Shown here piece after piece: positions 1 to 14,225 of a stretch of DNA of 64,000 bases. The stretch comes from Ophelia neglecta (taxonomy: Eukaryota), in contig OZ260661.1 in the NCBI GenBank assembly GCA_965285935.1, positions 116,312,001 to 116,376,000 on the forward strand. The letters run 5' to 3'. The notes below the pieces were generated by a model, which did no database searches, was not told where the DNA came from, and saw only the letters and a program-made list of their open reading frames with translations. The position numbers and the translations under genes are program-made. The first letter of the stretch is position 1, and the number at the start of each line of letters is the position of its first letter.

Positions 1-2817
1 TGAGATGATTTGATAATATAGTTAATTATTTTCAATTAGACATTTATATTAAGGTTTAATAGGACTGTCTTTAGAATCGTTTTGGTCTTGGCATCCCTCC
101 CACTAGATCAATTCTTGTGACAAGACAAGGCATTATACAATAATTTTGTTTTGGCAATGAAAATTTTTAAAGAGCTATCCTTGGCCATAGAGAAGTTTAT
201 CTTCTATAACTTTTGACAATACTGGTGTACCCCATTTACATAGCAGTACTGGTCAACAGATTAACTATATAATAATTAAATGTCTTGTCTGGCTGGCTAT
301 AAATGCCAAATAAGACATCTAAAGCTCACACAAAATATCACTCTTAGGTCTTAGCCAGACATCTGGATCATGAAAGCCATGTGATGGTTTAAAGGAGCCA
401 AGTAGGCTGATAAGAAAGACAAAAGTATTCACCATTAACGAGAAATCCTATGCAAGTATCCAGAGGGTTCAAATAAGTTTAATCTTTTAGGGCTTAATTC
501 TGTTGTTTATTTGGCAATAATAGTAAAGAAATACACCAATATGGGTAGTGGATGTCACGTCACACGGGATTATATATGTACTCAAATACTCTATTAGTCT
601 GTCCTATTTTAATTGTTAGAATCTATCCATTAGACTCCGGGTGATTAACCAGACTGATTGGACTAGTAACCTGCAAAATGAATCAGGGCTCTTGAAATGC
701 AATGTCTCAAGAAGTGTATTTTGCCAAAATCAATCTTTATTTGGCATCTGCTGATGGATAAACCAACATTCAATCTGGCACTTAATTGGTGGGCTTTACC
801 TGCCGGAAGATGGCTGGTTGTAAAGGCGGACAGGGTCCGGAGAATACCGCCATTCCTCCGCTGTTTGTCATCGGAACCCAACCACACCCTACAACCACAA
901 GGAGAGAGTTCTCCTCAGGGTCCAGCCGCCTAGAGCTGTATGCACTACCCCCTGTACACAGTCACGTAGGCGACTACCTACACCTACACAGCTGGACAGA
1001 CTTCCATTACCCATTGGTCTGATCAATCTCTTCCTGCAGACGGTACCTGCTGAAAACACAAACATGTGTCATAGTCCTGTATCTCCATTGTTCTGGCAAT
1101 TTATATTTTTAAGTCTATTGTAAACCTGTAATTGGCAGTAGATCAGGTCCGGGGAATGTGTCATTGCTGTCGGAGTAATACCTCTTTGTGCATATTTGGC
1201 AAAAAAATGAGAGTTTTGCCCAAGTTAACAACTGATAAATTACTCATTGTTTAGTGGTGTCATTTATTGACTCCATATCTTATGCCATATTTTACAGCAA
1301 TTAGGTTAAGAAATAATTTTCCTATTTGCACACTAAAATGCTTAATTCATTCAGGCGCCTGAATGACCTGCCTACATATTGCCCATAGCATAAAACAGTT
1401 GTCAAAGTCATTTTAAGGACCTTGTGTGCTACTTATACCATGAAAAAATCAATTAATATAAACACTTTTCTTCATTTTACACAAACTAGTAAAATGCACT
1501 TACCCCAACAGCAGTTCGGTGTATCCCAGGGTATATACTCTCACAAAAGGACCAGGTCTCTAGGTCAGAGAAAGGAGTAGGAGTAGTGGTTTTTGTCTCC
1601 TTTTTTGACATCACAGCACTGGTAGGTAGTTTTCAGCCTCTGGTGCTATAAAAATCTCGCAAAGAAACCTGAAGATAAACCATTAGTTTGGTCTAAAGTA
1701 TTACCACCACTTATTGGGATTTGGTCCATTAATGTCTGTATTAAAAAAATAATTATTGTTTAATAAGATGGCAAGCTACGGGATTTTCTGTGAGCAATTA
1801 AAGCTACGTACAAGCATCAGTCTTGTTGTTAACAGTTTTTTGACCAGCCTTCCTCTGTCCACTGGCAATGTTGATGAGTACATATAATAAGTTCAACTGG
1901 TGTACAGCTTGACCTATTAAGGATGCTGGACTTAACGATTACAGCTTCGATAGTCAGTTACCAGGGCGTACCAACACACTACATGCTGCGATTAGCATGG
2001 AAAAATGAGCTGCGATTAGTGTGTATTTAGGTCTACATGAGGTAACACCCAAATCAAAAGGGGATGCACTTGTTAGGTGTGGATAACCATCTGCTTTTCA
2101 TGCTCTAATACACAAGCACATGTGTGTTAAAACTATTTATTTGTTTGTAGCAATGTTTTGTGTTGGCACTCCTAGGAAAATGCAATTTAGAGGCCACGTT
2201 TTGGCTACATTCGAGATTGTTTTAAGGTGCACTTTAAAAGAAGGGTAGATTTTTTTGCAGGAGGAAAGAGCAAAGTTATATTTGCGCCTTGTCTCTGCAT
2301 ACGCCTTATGGATGATTAAATTCGGTAAAATAAAGGAAGTTGATTCATAGAATATTATGTATTTATTTCCACAAAACAATTGAGGAAATATGCACACACA
2401 CAAACAAAAAACATGATTAGCTTCATTAAATGTATGATAAAATATGGTATTTCAAGTTGTTATTCTTCTGTAACTGGACCTCTAACATTCATAGATGTGG
2501 AGCAAAGTGATATTGAATATGTCACATGATTACAAAATACATTAATGTATTATCTCTACCTGTGAACCAGGTATGGATCACACAGACCGATCTGTAGACC
2601 TTAACAGTGTTCGAGCATGAGGTATATTTGCTATTTTAAGTCCTGTTTTATAATAAATGTTTATTGATACATGTCTACAAGGCTCTTTCCAAAGGACAAC
2701 TGATAATTGAAGTTCTAAGATGGGAAATAACTGAAGGCTAAAGGAGAACTAATCAGGCCATCAAACAGATGATGAATGTCACTTGTCACCGCTGACAGTG
2801 TGTTGTAACTTGAGAAG

Positions 2818-5476
2818 CTCCACCATCCCCTCTGTCCTTTGTGACCCTAAGGAAGTCCCCCATCATCTCAGTCCTTAGTGTCCCTGAGGGTGTCTACCAT
2901 CATCTCAGTCCTTAGTGTCCCTGAGGGTGTCGACCATCATCTCAGTCCTTAGTGTCCCTGAGGGTGTCCACCATCACCTCAGTACTTAGTGACCCTAAGG
3001 AAGTCCACCATCATCTCAGTCCTTAGTGTCCCTGAGGGTGTCCACCATCTTCTCAGTCCTTAGTGTCCCTGAGGGTGTCCACCATCATCTCAGTCCTTAG
3101 TGTGTCTGAGGGTGTCCACCATCATCTCAGTCCTTAGTGACCCTAAGGAAATCCACCTTCCCCTCAGTCCTTGGTGTCCCTGAGGGTGTCCACCATCATC
3201 TCAGTCCTTAGTGTCCCTGAGGGTGTCCACCATCATCTCAGTCCTTGGTGACCCTAAGGAAATCCACCTTCCCCACAGTCCTTGGTGTCCCTGAGGGTGT
3301 CCACCATCACCTCAGTACTTAGTGACCCTAAGGAAGTCCACCATCATCTCAGTCCTTAGTGTCCCCGAGGGTGTCCACCATCATCTCAGTCATCTCAATC
3401 CTTGTGACCCTTAGGAGTTCAATGTTCATCTCAGTCCTTAGTGTCCATGAGGAGGTCCACCATTATCTCAGCCCTTAGAAGTGACCCTTAGAAGGTCAAT
3501 GTTTGTCTCAGTCCTTATTGTCCCTGAGGGTGTCCACCATCATCTCAGTCTAATTGGTAATGAGGTGGTCCACCATCATCTCAGTCCTTAGTGTCCCTGA
3601 GAAGGTCCCCCATCATCTCCGTCCTTAGTGACCCTAAGGAAGTGGCCCACCAGCATCTCAGTACTTAGTGTCCCTGAGGAAATCCACCTTCCCCTCAGTC
3701 CTTGGTGTGTCTGAGGGTGTCCACCATCATCTCAGACCTTTGTATCTGTGTGGTCCACCATCATCTCGGTACTTAGTGTCCCTGAGGGGGTGCACCATCA
3801 TCCCATCATTTGTATCCATGTGGTCCACCATCATCTCAGTACTTAGTGTCCCTGAGGGTGTCCACCATCATCTCAGTCCTTTGTATCTGTGTGGTCCACC
3901 ATCGTCTCGGTACTTAGTGTCCCTGAGGGGGTGCACCATCATCCCATCATTTGTATCCATGTGGTCCACCATCATCTCAGTACTTAGTGTCCCTGAGGGT
4001 GTCCACCATCATCTCAGTCCTTTGTATCTGTGTGGTCCACCATCATCTCAGTACTTAGTGTCCCTGAGGGGGTGCACCATCATCCCATCATTTGTATCCA
4101 TGTGGTCCACCATCATCTCAGTACTTAGTGTCCCTGAGGGTGTCCACCATCATCTCAGTCCTTTGTATCTGTGTGGTCCACCATCGTCTCGGTACTTAGT
4201 GTCCCTGAGGGGGTGCACCATCATCTCAGTCGTCAGTGTCCCTGAGGGGGTGCACCATCATCTCAGTCCTTTGTATCCATGTGGTCCACCATCATCTCAG
4301 TCCTTAGTGTGTCTGAGGGTGTCCACCATCATCTCAGTCCTTAGTGACCCTAAGGAAATCCACCTTCCCCTCAGTCCTTGGTGTCCCTGAGGGTGTCCAC
4401 CATCATCTCAGTCCTTAGTGTCCCTGAGGGTGTCCACCATCATCTCAGTCCTTGGTGACCCTAAGGAAGTCCACCATCATCTCAGTCCTTAGTGTGTCTG
4501 AGGGTGTCCACCATCATCTCAGTCATCTTAATCCTTGTGACCCTTAGGAGTTCAATGTTCATATCAGTCCTTAGTGTCCATGAGGAGGTCCACCATTATC
4601 TCAGCCCTTAGTGACCCTTAGAAGGTCAATGTTTGTCTCAGTCCTTATTGTCCCTGAGGGTGTCCACCATCATCTCAGTCTAATTGGTAATGAGGTGGTC
4701 CACCATCATCTCAGTCCTTAGTGCCCCTGAGAAGGTCCACCATTATCTCCGTCCTTAGTGTCCCTTAGGAGTTCAATGTTCATCTCAGTCCTTAGTGTCC
4801 CTGAGGAGGTCCACCATCATCTCAGTCCGTAGTGACCCTAAGGATGTGGTCCACCATCATCTCAGTCCGTAGTGACCCTAAGGATGTGGTCCATTATCAT
4901 CTCAGTACTTAGTGTTCCTGAGGGGGTGCACCATCATCTCAGTCCGTAGTGACCCTAAGGATGTGGTCCATTATCATCTCAGTACTTAGTGTTCCTGAGG
5001 GGGTGCACCATCATCTCAGTCCTTTGTATCTGTGTGGTCCACCATCATCTCGTGTGGTCCACCATCATCTCGGTACTTAGTGTCCCTGAGGGGGGGCACC
5101 ATCATCTCAGTCCTTTGTATCTGTGTGGTCCACCATCATCTCGGTACTTAGTGTCCCTGAGGGTGTCCACCATCATCTCAGTCCTTAGTGTCCCTGAGGA
5201 GGTCCACCATCATCTCAGTCCGTAGTGACCCTAAGGATGTGGTCCACCATCATCTCGGTACTTAGTGTTCCTGAGGGGGTGCACCATCATCTCAGTCCTT
5301 TGTATCTGTGTGGTCCACCATCATCTCGTGTGGTCCACCATCATCTCGGTACTTAGTGTCCCTGAGGGGGGGCACCATCATCTCAGTCCTTTGTATCTGT
5401 GTGGTCCACGATCATCGTGGTACTTAATGTCCCTGAGGGGGTGCACCATCATCTCAGTCTTTAGTGTCCCTGAGGT
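2818..5476. repeat. Minisatellite, ~37-nt unit (gtccaccatcatctcagtccttagtgtccctgagggt) with shorter variants and higher-order repeats
   Basis: Direct tandem repetition; 141-nt higher-order period at ~3720-4210. Confidence 0.97.
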
Positions 5477-7379
5477 GTTTCTCTTTGGCCATCATATCAA
5501 AAAGAGCAGGGTGGCCGTTTGCGCAGAAAGGCTGTTGTAGATTGTAACTGAAAGTCGAATACAAGTTACATCTACTATTGCCTGCCATTGTATGATGGTT
5601 TATATAAAAAAATGAAAAAAACATCTCTGTAATAAACAACCTGTGCTTAAAAGTGGTAATTTTTCAATCCCAATTAATTATTTTAACAGACCTGGGTTTG
5701 TTTATACAATGCCATGTACATTAGTTGTACCTAACTATATTGTGTACGATTCTGTTAAGAGCATTTATGAAGTATTCACAGAGGCTACATTTTGATCTGT
5801 GGTCTTACCACAAAGAGCAATTCGTAATATGTGCTGGAGCTGATAATAACATTACACTATAAACCCATGTGCTTAAGGATGCATGCACATCCAATTTAGT
5901 TTCTTAAAAAAAGACGTTTGAGGCAACTTTGTACATGTAGGTTAATAATTTGCAAATAAAAAAAGTAACTTATGGGAAATTTTCAGTTAAGAAGCGACGT
6001 TGTTTTTTAAATGCTGGACAGCGGAATTTTTACTGCATTTTTGTCCAAACACAGCTGAATTAACATGATGGAGAATGCATCAAGATTATGACCTTTCATT
6101 CAGTCCAAATTTTCTATAATTGATTGTATCCTGTGTATTTAATAGTATGAATATTTTCATATATTACTGGATGAGTATATTCTATTACTAGATCAAGCTG
6201 TCAATATAAGACATATTACTCCAATATGTACTCTGGACAGATCTCTCCACTCTCAGATGTTTGTCAGTCTAAAGGAATGTGGATTGACTGATCAATTTGA
6301 GAGCTGAGAGTGCGGACTCCGCTGGGTGTATAAGTTCATTGATTAAGCTACCTTATCACTTGGCCGCTGTGATTTGCAGCCTTCCTGTTGAGACAAGTAG
6401 GGTCACTGTGTCATATTGGCTGTCATTGAAAAGAAACAAAAGGCTGTCTGGTCTTAAGAACATGTACAGCACCTCACTGGCAACATTATCAAACCACACC
6501 GCTCAATAGTGTATTATTAAATATATCTTAATAAGGTTCTTATTTATTTAAAAATAAAAACACCAAACATGCACAGATTTAGTAAGTGAATCTGATACTA
6601 GTGATGGAATTTTAAGAAGGCAAATTCAAGAAATTGCCTTCTCTAATTTCCATCAATATGCATTAACTGGCTTGGAGTGTGAATTGTGGGTTTTTAACAC
6701 CATAAACAGTCTGATGCACCAGACCCTGGAATTCCCTAAAATGCTATTGAGATTCACTTTTTGGTTCAATACAGCTCTTCGTGATCCATTACGGGCAATT
6801 CTCAGCTGGCAGTGTCATTTGTCTGCAGTCAGGAAGGGGCGCACAGAGTTGGAGCGGAGTAATGCAAGTGGGCTGACATGATGATGTGCTCGGCTGGCTC
6901 GCCCATTGTCCGCCCGCCCGCTGCTCTGGCAAGCGGTGATTGGGACCATAACTAGCTTGATGAGCACAATTTGGCATCATCAGCTTGGTGATGGGTTGCC
7001 AGATTCTCTCCAACTCAGGTCCACAGAAAGACTTTCCTTCCTTTTATTGAGCCTGTGCTTTCAAATTGTCTTCTTGGGAACCAATAGGTGTAACAACACT
7101 TGTCATTCAGGCTCTCGCTACGGGAGTGGTTACAGACAGACAGTCAGATATTGACTGATCACCCGTATTTATGTCAACGGAGAAGTTCTTTTCAAGCAAT
7201 TACCGCTTCAAGAAAGTCACCACACTAAAATGTAGAACCTCTAGCTGGCTCTCGTGTGTCTCTCCACAATTAGGTCAGAGGCCTAGGATCACATCCATCA
7301 TGCCATTCCAGCATATGAACAAACATACCGAGTTTCTTGATAAATATGCAAAAAAATGCTTATTACAGATTTTCTTATA

Positions 7380-7523
7380 CAGTGAAATCTGCCTTAAAGA
7401 CCACCTCCATATTCAGACTACCTCCATATTCAGACCACTAGTATGAAGACCATACTGCACACCTCTATAATCAGACCAGTATTTACCAGTCCCTTGGGTG
7501 GTCTCAATTCACAGGTTTCACTG
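7380..7523. mobile_element. 144-bp MITE, Tigger/pogo-like
   Basis: TA|CAGTGAAATCTG...CAGGTTTCACTG|TA; TIR similarity extends to agaccacc; internal agacca repeats. Confidence 0.75.
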
Positions 7524-9860
7524 TACATACTTACATGTAGGTGCTGTGCTCTAGTCACAGAGTACATTTATTAACACAGGAGGGATGATGTTGGAAGATG
7601 AAGCCATGTCTTATTATTCTTTTGTTTCATGTTGAAGGCTGCTTTTCACAAACACAAAGACATTTTGTAATCTCAGATATTGAGCTCATAGCAAAAACAG
7701 AGCTTCTGGCAAAAATATCCCTAATCTATAACGCCTGCAGGCTAGTGTGCTTTCTGGTATGACAGGTCCTAATAAGAAAGAGGGTTCCCTTTTGTTGTGT
7801 TACAATACAGGATCTCCATGTACATACATACACTGTTTGTTAATCAATAAATTGCAAATTTATTACATCACTACTTTCATATGACAAGACAGAGACATGT
7901 TTTAATTATCTTTAAACAAAAAAGGAAAACTAGAGGCTATTTAATCAATGGTATGGACTTGTCTACATAACATGATGGATCTATCCACACTGGTTCACTG
8001 CTGGAAAACCCGCCCCAGCTACGAGCGTTGTCTTATGAGCCGCGCTGAATGTACATCGAAAGTGCCATGGATCCCATGTGTGCCTCGCTTCCATGTCATG
8101 AAAATAAATTAGATATTTCCTTATCTGCGATGTGATTTAGAGTAAATATATTAACAAACATGTTCTGCATAAATGTCATTGGAAAAGATTCATCAGGAAT
8201 ATTTTAGATTGCTCTTGTCAACAGAAAAAATGATTTATCTGTGGGATTCAGAATGGTTGGTAAAATATGGTCAAATGTAAACAAATACACTATTTGGGAG
8301 AAAGGTGAATGTCATATTCCTTCTTAGACCATCAGTTTCTATGGTTGTGGCCTTTACAAGAAAACTTTACTGTACTTACCGTAATCATCAGGAGCTTATT
8401 GTGCATTATATTTTATTTTCAACGCTCTGTTTACTACAACCTTAGGAACAAAAATTGGAAGAGTGGTGATACTTTTACTGCCTTACAAAATGTGGTTCAG
8501 CAACTGTCAAAGTTATAGGTTTTATAATCAGGCAGAGCAAATGAAAATGAAAATTTAAATATCTATCCTCCAAACATTTCTGTTAGATGTTAAATATAAA
8601 GGTGTACATTTCAATCTGGAGCCCTATGCTTTCAGTTGTTCCCCCAAGACATTCACAATTGACGGAGAATGCAAATGCCTGTAATCTTAGGTATTCAAAT
8701 GCTTTTTACGCACATACATCACATTTGACCCCCTAACAAGTCCACAGACAGTGAGAAAAATGACAAAATTACCTACATATATCATTTGCAAATTGTTTAG
8801 GTTATTGACTCAAGAAAAGCACACATGTGATCCATGGCACTCTTGATGTATCCACAGTGCGGCTCATACGGTAAAGCTTATCGCTGTGGCAGGTTTCCCG
8901 ACGGTTTGGTTGGCCTTGTGGGCTCCTAACAGTGGTGTGGGGTTACTCCCTGGAATACTTGGAATCTAATGTGGCTTTTAATTTCCAATACCTTGATTAC
9001 AACCCTCTTCAATCAACCCTACTGTCTATATCACAACAAAACACTGCCTTCCAGATTTTTAAAACAAGATTCCAAAGAGCTGGGATGTCAGGCCCAAAGT
9101 GCACCATACAGGGATTAGGGCAGAAATTAATACAACTTTGAATACATTTGCATTCATTTATAGAACACTTCATGTATTGCTAAGGTGTTTTTTCTTGCAT
9201 CAGTCTAGCATAAATTTCTATTCGGCATGAGATAAATTATAAAGATAATGCAGATTAATGCACTACAGATATTACTTTGTTCATAATTGTCCTAAATCTT
9301 ATGCATCTCCATGATTGTTGGAGAAAAGGGTGATTTTTCTTTGCAGGAAGCTTCACACAATTCCAGCGCTTTGTGCTGTCTGGCTTTGATGGAAGATGGC
9401 ATAATATTTGATGATGAATGCCATAGCAGTCTCCTGAAGAAGCGAATCAATAGTAATCTAATCTGAAATAGCTAACTAAGAACAAGAGTTCATTAACTAC
9501 ACTGCAATTGTTGTAACAGCTAGCTTGCTCTACTATAACAAGAGAAAATGAAAATTATTAGAAGGAACATTGGATAACATCTAGAAAGGTTTATCTCGTT
9601 TGTTCAGCAATAATAATGTTAACAAAAATCACTTGTATGAAAGAAACAATAAGGATCAGCTGCTTGATGGCATCTGCTTAAAACAAATTCCTCTCAAAAT
9701 TACATTTACTTGATGGCGAACTGTCTTGATATGATGAGCAGGTTGGATTAAAGCTATAAGAACGATTTGTAAGCAGGCTGAGTGGACTAACACCCAAGGA
9801 CATTAGCTCTTTATGGGTGATTTACATAAATTTTTCCATGCTTTGACTGGACTAAATAAA

Positions 9861-10098
9861 ATGTAACTGACAGATACAGACCAAATCTCGGACCAAATAC
9901 GGACCAAATGTCCAAAAGTGTCAGAATTCTTGCAGGAAAGAGGTGCTATCTTCTCATTTCTGCTATTTACGTGTGATTTTTATGATGTCACACAATGAAA
10001 ATGACGAAAATTGTTGGTGACCTCATGATGGCCACCTAAAAACCACTTTACCACTCATGTGCACAAAAGCTGATTTGGTCCATGTCTGTTAGGTACAT
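9861..10098. mobile_element. Short inverted-repeat element (MITE-like)
   Basis: 27-bp imperfect terminal inverted repeats (22/27) and three tandem gaccaaat motifs at the left end. Confidence 0.5.
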
Positions 10099-13000
10099 CT
10101 TGGCATAAATTGGGATTTCTTATCAGGATGATTATGGTACTTAATTAATCAATTGTGTTCTGGTATTGTCTAATAATAAAGGTTATGACATTCTTAAGTA
10201 GTAGATAATACATCTTCTTTTCTTGCTACGTTGTATTTCCACAATAAAATAGACAGATTATATCTGTGATTGTGGACTGCCAGCCAGCCATGCTTATTAT
10301 GAAATCAATCTGGAAAACTTTTTATCATAAGCACACAACCACAAGAAAATTGAGATTGATATAAAGCTGAATAGTTGGTTTCTTTGTAGCCAGGTTTTTA
10401 TAGGGAAAACAAATTGAGTAAATTCTCTAGTTTGGTAAAATGATGTATTGTTCTCAGGCAATTTTGTTGTAATGATAACACATTGAGGAAATAGATGATA
10501 CTTCCTGTAGAGAACGATAGGATGCTGGAGCCAATATTCTATGAATATCGTAGATTATTGATCAAGGATTGCTTTGATTTCCCTGGCTTGTTTCTTTGCG
10601 GCATGCTGGATTGATAAAACTATGTTCTGCAGGTCAGCTATGAGTTTGTTGATGGATTGATTTTCAATATGTGCTACAAACCATCTACCATGTATGACAT
10701 TCATAACGGGTTTCTTCCAAATCAGTTGATTTCTGAACATTTTGCAAATTGTAGCTAAATACGGTGCCCCAGTTAGCAAATCATGGCAAATAGCTCAGAA
10801 GAATTTGTCAATGAGTAATATTTAGGAATTCACTTGTAAAGATGTAACTAAAAGGGAAGCCATTTTCTTGGGCAGAGGTAATGAACTGTCAAATTGAGCC
10901 TTTTGAGTTACGTCTTGTCTCATTTTCTGCTCAACTCTATTACTTACAGAGCACATGACAGTTACTAGTTGGTTTAGGGTGTTGGCTGAATTGGCTGCTG
11001 GGGTTTCATGTGTGGTGGGAAATGGATTAACTGTGGTATGGACACTCATTTCTAGGTCTGATTCAATATGTTTCTTTAAAGATACAAGCACTTTTAAAGT
11101 CAGCTTTATCAGTAGAGAATTCAGCTGATTTTGCCATGGACATTTTCTCTTTTCATAGCAAAGAAAGGCAATTTAGCTAAAGCTGCAAGACTGATAAAAT
11201 GATGTAAAAAAATAAAAAAAAACCATGGAGAGGTTCATGTGAAATGACGGAGCTAGGAGTGGGCACAAGGCACTGTCAGGTGACTGTGTTCAGTAGAGAT
11301 CCACTCCTGGTAAGAGTCTTTGATGTCTTGCAATCTGTTTACCTTTGTTTCCAAAAGAACTTAAGCCTCAGTTGATTGTGTTTATGTTCAGACATGGCTT
11401 AAGAAAAAGGTGGGCAGCAGATATTTTTTATTGATTCCTTCCTCTTGCCTCAAGGTGCGTTCAGCTCATGTTCAGATTGTCTATCATAGATCTGCACATA
11501 GCCTTTGATAATGTCGCACAATCAACCTAATTGCCATGACTGATTCCAGTCTGCGTAGTATTGGCTTTGGTGTCTGATCCTCCCAGCCACAAGCCTGCTG
11601 TAACGCCTGCTGTTACCACTTGGTATTAACTATCAGCTGCAGCTTCTTGGTTCCCTGAGCTGCCCACAATGGCCAAGCCTGCCACATAATCATGATAATG
11701 AAACCAACATTCAATGAACTGCTCTGTACCTTATAAATGTAGACCAGAGTTTTGTTTATTCAAGACCAGGGTTATCTAGAAGGCATCAGCAGAAAGGTTT
11801 TTTTGAGCATTTTCCCTTACATCTATTTTAATATATTAGATTGTGTGTTTAGATGATTTTATCCAATTAATTTAGTGACAATTTGAGCACATGGGCTAGA
11901 GGATTAATCATTGTCTACACGGGAGACATAAAACAATTTCCGATATCCATGGCATTGTGAAATCTTTTGACCCTATGCAGGCGCTCTATCTTGTTTTAAA
12001 GGTCAGGTTTGTTGAAGCAAATTGATGGATTGGGCACAGGTCTGTTACATTCTAATTTTGTATCCAAGTATCAGGAGGAGAAGTTTGTAGAGTTTTCTTT
12101 ATTTTATCACTTGTGCGATGATAGATAGCTCACCTGAGTGCCCCGTCCCGTTGGATCAGAATATTCCGGTTTACTCCCTTGTGTATGTACACAGAACACC
12201 GAGACTGGATACTAGTAGATAGATTCTATTTAGGGTATGGTAACATGAAATATATCAACTCTTAAAGGGTGATATATGTTCATTTGCTTTCAAGCAAATT
12301 ATTTATTGTTATGTCTTTCCCTCACACTTGTCTTGTTTAGGAACTGGCACCACTGATACATCTTCATATAACAACATTTTCTTGACTAAGGAAAACATGG
12401 AATATGTATTTCCTGTGCACTTTATCACTTGACAGTTATTGTCTTTTGTTCTTCATACGTAATTCAAATATTCAAAACAGATTTAGGTACTTCAAAACAA
12501 AGCTGTCTCTGTTTATTAGCCTTGACTCAATCCTCATTTCTCCACCGAGACCAAATTTCAAGCTACAAGGGCTAGCACATCAGTCCTATTGCATTGCAAA
12601 TGTGTTTTTATCAAACAATTTTGTTAATAGTATGCTTAATTTTTTTTAATGTGTGAAAATGATATACCATTATTTACGATAGCTGGCAATACTGTTTCCT
12701 GGCTCATGATTGATGACCCTCTTTCATTTTATACTCTCTATACAAGAGCTTTTGTTTGTTTGTGCTTCTTGCGAGATACGATAAAACTCTGGCTTATGTA
12801 ATGAATGCAAAAAACCACTACATTTTAAGCTTGTTAACAGACTATTGTTGCAAATCAGCCGTGTTGGGTGTAACTCCTTGCCAGTAGCCAGGGCACATAG
12901 CAGCAGGTGTTGTCTGGCTGGACATCAAATGTATTGTGGAAAATCCAGGTCTGCCCTGTTACTGTAGAGTGCTGTGTGTCGTCTGCTGCAGTGCTCAGGT

Positions 13001-13904
13001 TAATGAGGAGCAGCAAGCTACAGAGTGGAGGATCTCATGTCCTGATGGTAAAATATTGTCACTTTATTGTGATTCATCAAGGCTTTAATGGCTATACAAG
13101 GCCCTGTGTGGGATCTATACAATATATATTGTCCTTTCCAAAAAAAACCATAGCCCCTTAGCTTGTTGATGAGTTAGAGTGAGGAGACCCTATAGATGTA
13201 GGAAGTAAAGACTGAATATGGCTGTGTTATGGCCGCAATGTAAGTAACACAGGCAAAGGTTATTTTGTCATTAATGTGGTAGCAAGCCATTCATCAGAGT
13301 TGGCCAGCAGGCCAATCCACCTGTTATTGTGAAATGAGCCATGCCTAGGGATTGGGAGATTTGTCAACAGAGCTCAGCTCATGAGATTTACTGGTTCACC
13401 TGTCAGTAAACTCTCCTTAAGCCACATTCTATGAGACAGTTTTTGCCAATAAACTAGGGCAGCCACTTACATACATGTATATGATAGTCATAAATGTACA
13501 TGCCCATTGGTAAACCCATCTACCAAAACACCTGTTTACAGCCAGTTCTGTCCAGTGTACGTGAAGTGGATGGGTTGACTTAACCTTGTGTAGAATGTGC
13601 CAAACACAGTTTATACATGTAGCTGGTTAGGGAGGGAGGACAGAAGTCAATATGCCAGTTCAAACTTTGTTTCCATGCCTTGACTTCATTTAATAAATGC
13701 AGTGGTTATTATAATGTATCATTTCTAATAGATGTCTGTAGAATGCCTATTCAATGAAGCTAGTACTCCTAGTGCCTATACTACTTCCTTTTACAGAATT
13801 ATGGTGACAAAAGCTTGTTAACAAGGTTGCACAAAAGGTGTCTGGGGTACGGGCTGAAATCAACGGTGAGAAAGTGGTATAGGCTTAACTTGAACTGAAA
13901 ATTT

Positions 13905-14225
13905 TGCCTTTTTTAGCTTTTCTTGCCATTTCCAGCAGTTTTCAGTGTTTTTGGCAAACAATTTTGGGGGTTGAGGGGAGGGCATCTGGGGCAGCTTGTA
14001 CTGCAAAAATATCTCAAAATTTTGTTTTTGCTTTTCTTGCCATTTCAAGCTATTTCCAGTGTTTTTGGACCAATTAAATTTTTTGGGTGTGTCGGGGGGG
14101 GGGGGGGGGGTCTCACACTGGGACTTGGAGTTTTTGGCACAATTTGTAGAATGTCTTGCCATTTCATGAAATATCTTACTTATCCAAACACAATTTGGGG
14201 GCGGGGGGGGGGGGGGGGTCTCAGA
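13905..14225. repeat. Degenerate ~115-nt direct repeats (tcttgccatttc core) with poly-G tracts
   Basis: Three tcttgccatttc copies (~13921, ~14035, ~14154), each followed by G-rich runs. Confidence 0.55.

Noticed and set aside
786-1022. MAGCKGGQG... resembling a PLC-beta N-terminus (MAGA..G)
   Set aside because: Lacks the conserved F.KWDD exon-1 end and a suitable donor; the similarity is probably chance.
3668-5540. 240-, 78- and 91-aa ORFs with HHH repeats
   Set aside because: They are translations of the 37-nt minisatellite, with non-ATG starts and no splice or homology support.
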